A DNA stretch of 64,000 nt from Candidatus Bathyarchaeota archaeon. GTDB lineage: Archaea; Thermoproteota; Bathyarchaeia; 40CM-2-53-6. Positions 63,812-64,000 of the stretch are shown in pieces (the stretch's first letter is position 1; each line of letters begins with the position of its first letter). The translations under genes were made by a program, and so were the position numbers. Below the pieces are notes generated by a model. The model did no database searches, was not told the DNA's origin, and saw only the letters and a program-made list of their open reading frames with translations. Location of the stretch: NCBI GenBank assembly GCA_963833125.1, contig CAWHWX010000001.1, positions 32,001 through 96,000 on the forward strand, written 5' to 3'.

Positions 63812-64000
63812 GTGCGAGGGCTGCGGGTTTCGACGAAGCGTTAATCGAATCCGTGGACGAGGGAGTGAAGGCGCTTTTCAGTCAACAGGTTGTTGACGCC
63901 CTCTACTTGAATCTCAGCTAAGAGAAACATTGCTCGTGCAGATCTACCTAATCAGTTGCCTATTCTCAGCGTTGTTTTCGCAGACTATTTTGGGTTGGGA
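63808..64000 (+). CDS. Second DUF3227/NitrOD5-like protein (partial, frameshifted)
   Basis: ATGA overlap; MSARAAGFDEALIESVDEGVKALFSQQVVDALYLNL, then LPNQLPILSVVFADYFGLG in another frame. Confidence 0.65.

Overview
Archaeal chromosomal segment. A TACK-type lineage such as Bathyarchaeia or Brockarchaeota is inferred from frequent TTG starts, MtaB/corrinoid genes, PdaD, and DUF835 and DUF3227/NitrOD5-like proteins. Many otherwise intact genes carry single-base indels, most likely long-read errors. Layout: (1) 1-15 kb: corrinoid methyltransferase module (RACo-type activator, MtaA, MtaB, two corrinoid proteins) next to an NdmA/VanA-type Rieske demethylase, two adenine-deaminase paralogs, an APC permease, a metallophosphoesterase and an LLM/Mer-like oxidoreductase. 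(2) 15.4-24.3 kb: accessory island of orphans, zinc-ribbon proteins and nuclease-fold proteins (GIY-YIG-, PIN-, HEPN- and PD-(D/E)XK-like). (3) 24.6-33.2 kb: operon for two xanthine-dehydrogenase-family molybdoenzymes with two interleaved MoaD carriers and XdhC. (4) 33-52 kb: stress and housekeeping genes (BlaI/M56, NfeD/SPFH, Nth, CARF-HTH, CBS, DinB, sulfite oxidase, PdaD). (5) 49.7-56.9 kb: single accessory genes separated by co-oriented copies of an unrecognised ~27-nt repeat (palindromic TACNNGTA box plus a tRNA T-arm-like hairpin), resembling a cassette array. (6) 58.6-64 kb: kinase-less PAS-GAF-DUF835 signalling cluster. No rRNA, intact tRNA, CRISPR array, integrase or transposase was seen. 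All assignments come from motifs read by eye; no database searches were run.
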